Shown here: in pieces, positions 63,805-64,000 of the stretch
Numbering within the stretch: the stretch's first letter is position 1
Layout: every line of letters starts with the position of its first letter
NCBI GenBank assembly: GCA_951406725.2
Contig: OX597823.1
Coordinates: forward strand, 83,142,001-83,206,000
DNA length: 64,000 nucleotides
From: Octopus vulgaris
Lineage: Eukaryota
Direction: 5' to 3'
Program-made: the position numbers and the translations under genes
Notes under the pieces: generated by a model
Told to the model about the DNA's origin: nothing
Databases searched by the model: none
The model's input: only the letters and a program-made list of their open reading frames with translations

Positions 63805-64000
63805 CTAGCTCAGTGGTTAGAATATCAGGCTCACAAACCATTCCCGGGGACCAGGCTGTGTGTTATGTTCTTGAGCAAGGCATTTTATTTCACGTTGCTC
63901 CAGTTCCCTCAGCTGTAGAAATGACTTGCAACGTCACTGATGCCAAGCTTGATCGGCCTTTGCCTTTTCCTTCGATAACACTGGTGGCGTGGTGATGGGA
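63805..64000 (+). mobile_element. Group A SINE (tail type ii), runs off the window
   Basis: Homologous to 19766-20074. Confidence 0.8.

Overview
AT-rich, microsatellite-saturated eukaryotic non-coding DNA (intronic or intergenic). Its repeat inventory (tRNA-headed SINEs with CORE-like and Deu/Nin-like central domains, plus (TACA)n/(TA)n/(GATA)n/(TAA)n arrays) points to a cephalopod, probably Octopus; that assignment is inference from repeat recognition. No intact host gene or intact transposon ORF is supportable, apart from one weak candidate 86-nt exon. The window is a mosaic of three SINE groups and decayed mariner/Tc1/DD37D/hAT elements and MITEs. It also holds a decayed Mag-like Gypsy element, RTE and APE-LINE relics, and 5'-truncated restriction-like-endonuclease (R4/Dong-like) retrotransposons sitting in microsatellites. 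Four signals stand out. (1) About nine minimal type I hammerhead-ribozyme-like motifs from several families occur, often inside inverted-repeat Penelope-like ends, and two homologues show stem covariation. (2) One REL retrotransposon family is found twice in (TACA)n and another in (TAA)n. (3) A dimeric SINE junction recurs at four loci and suggests homology-assisted insertion into older SINEs. (4) Long near-perfect inverted repeats are present. All calls were made by eye, and element boundaries are approximate unless TSDs/TIRs are quoted.
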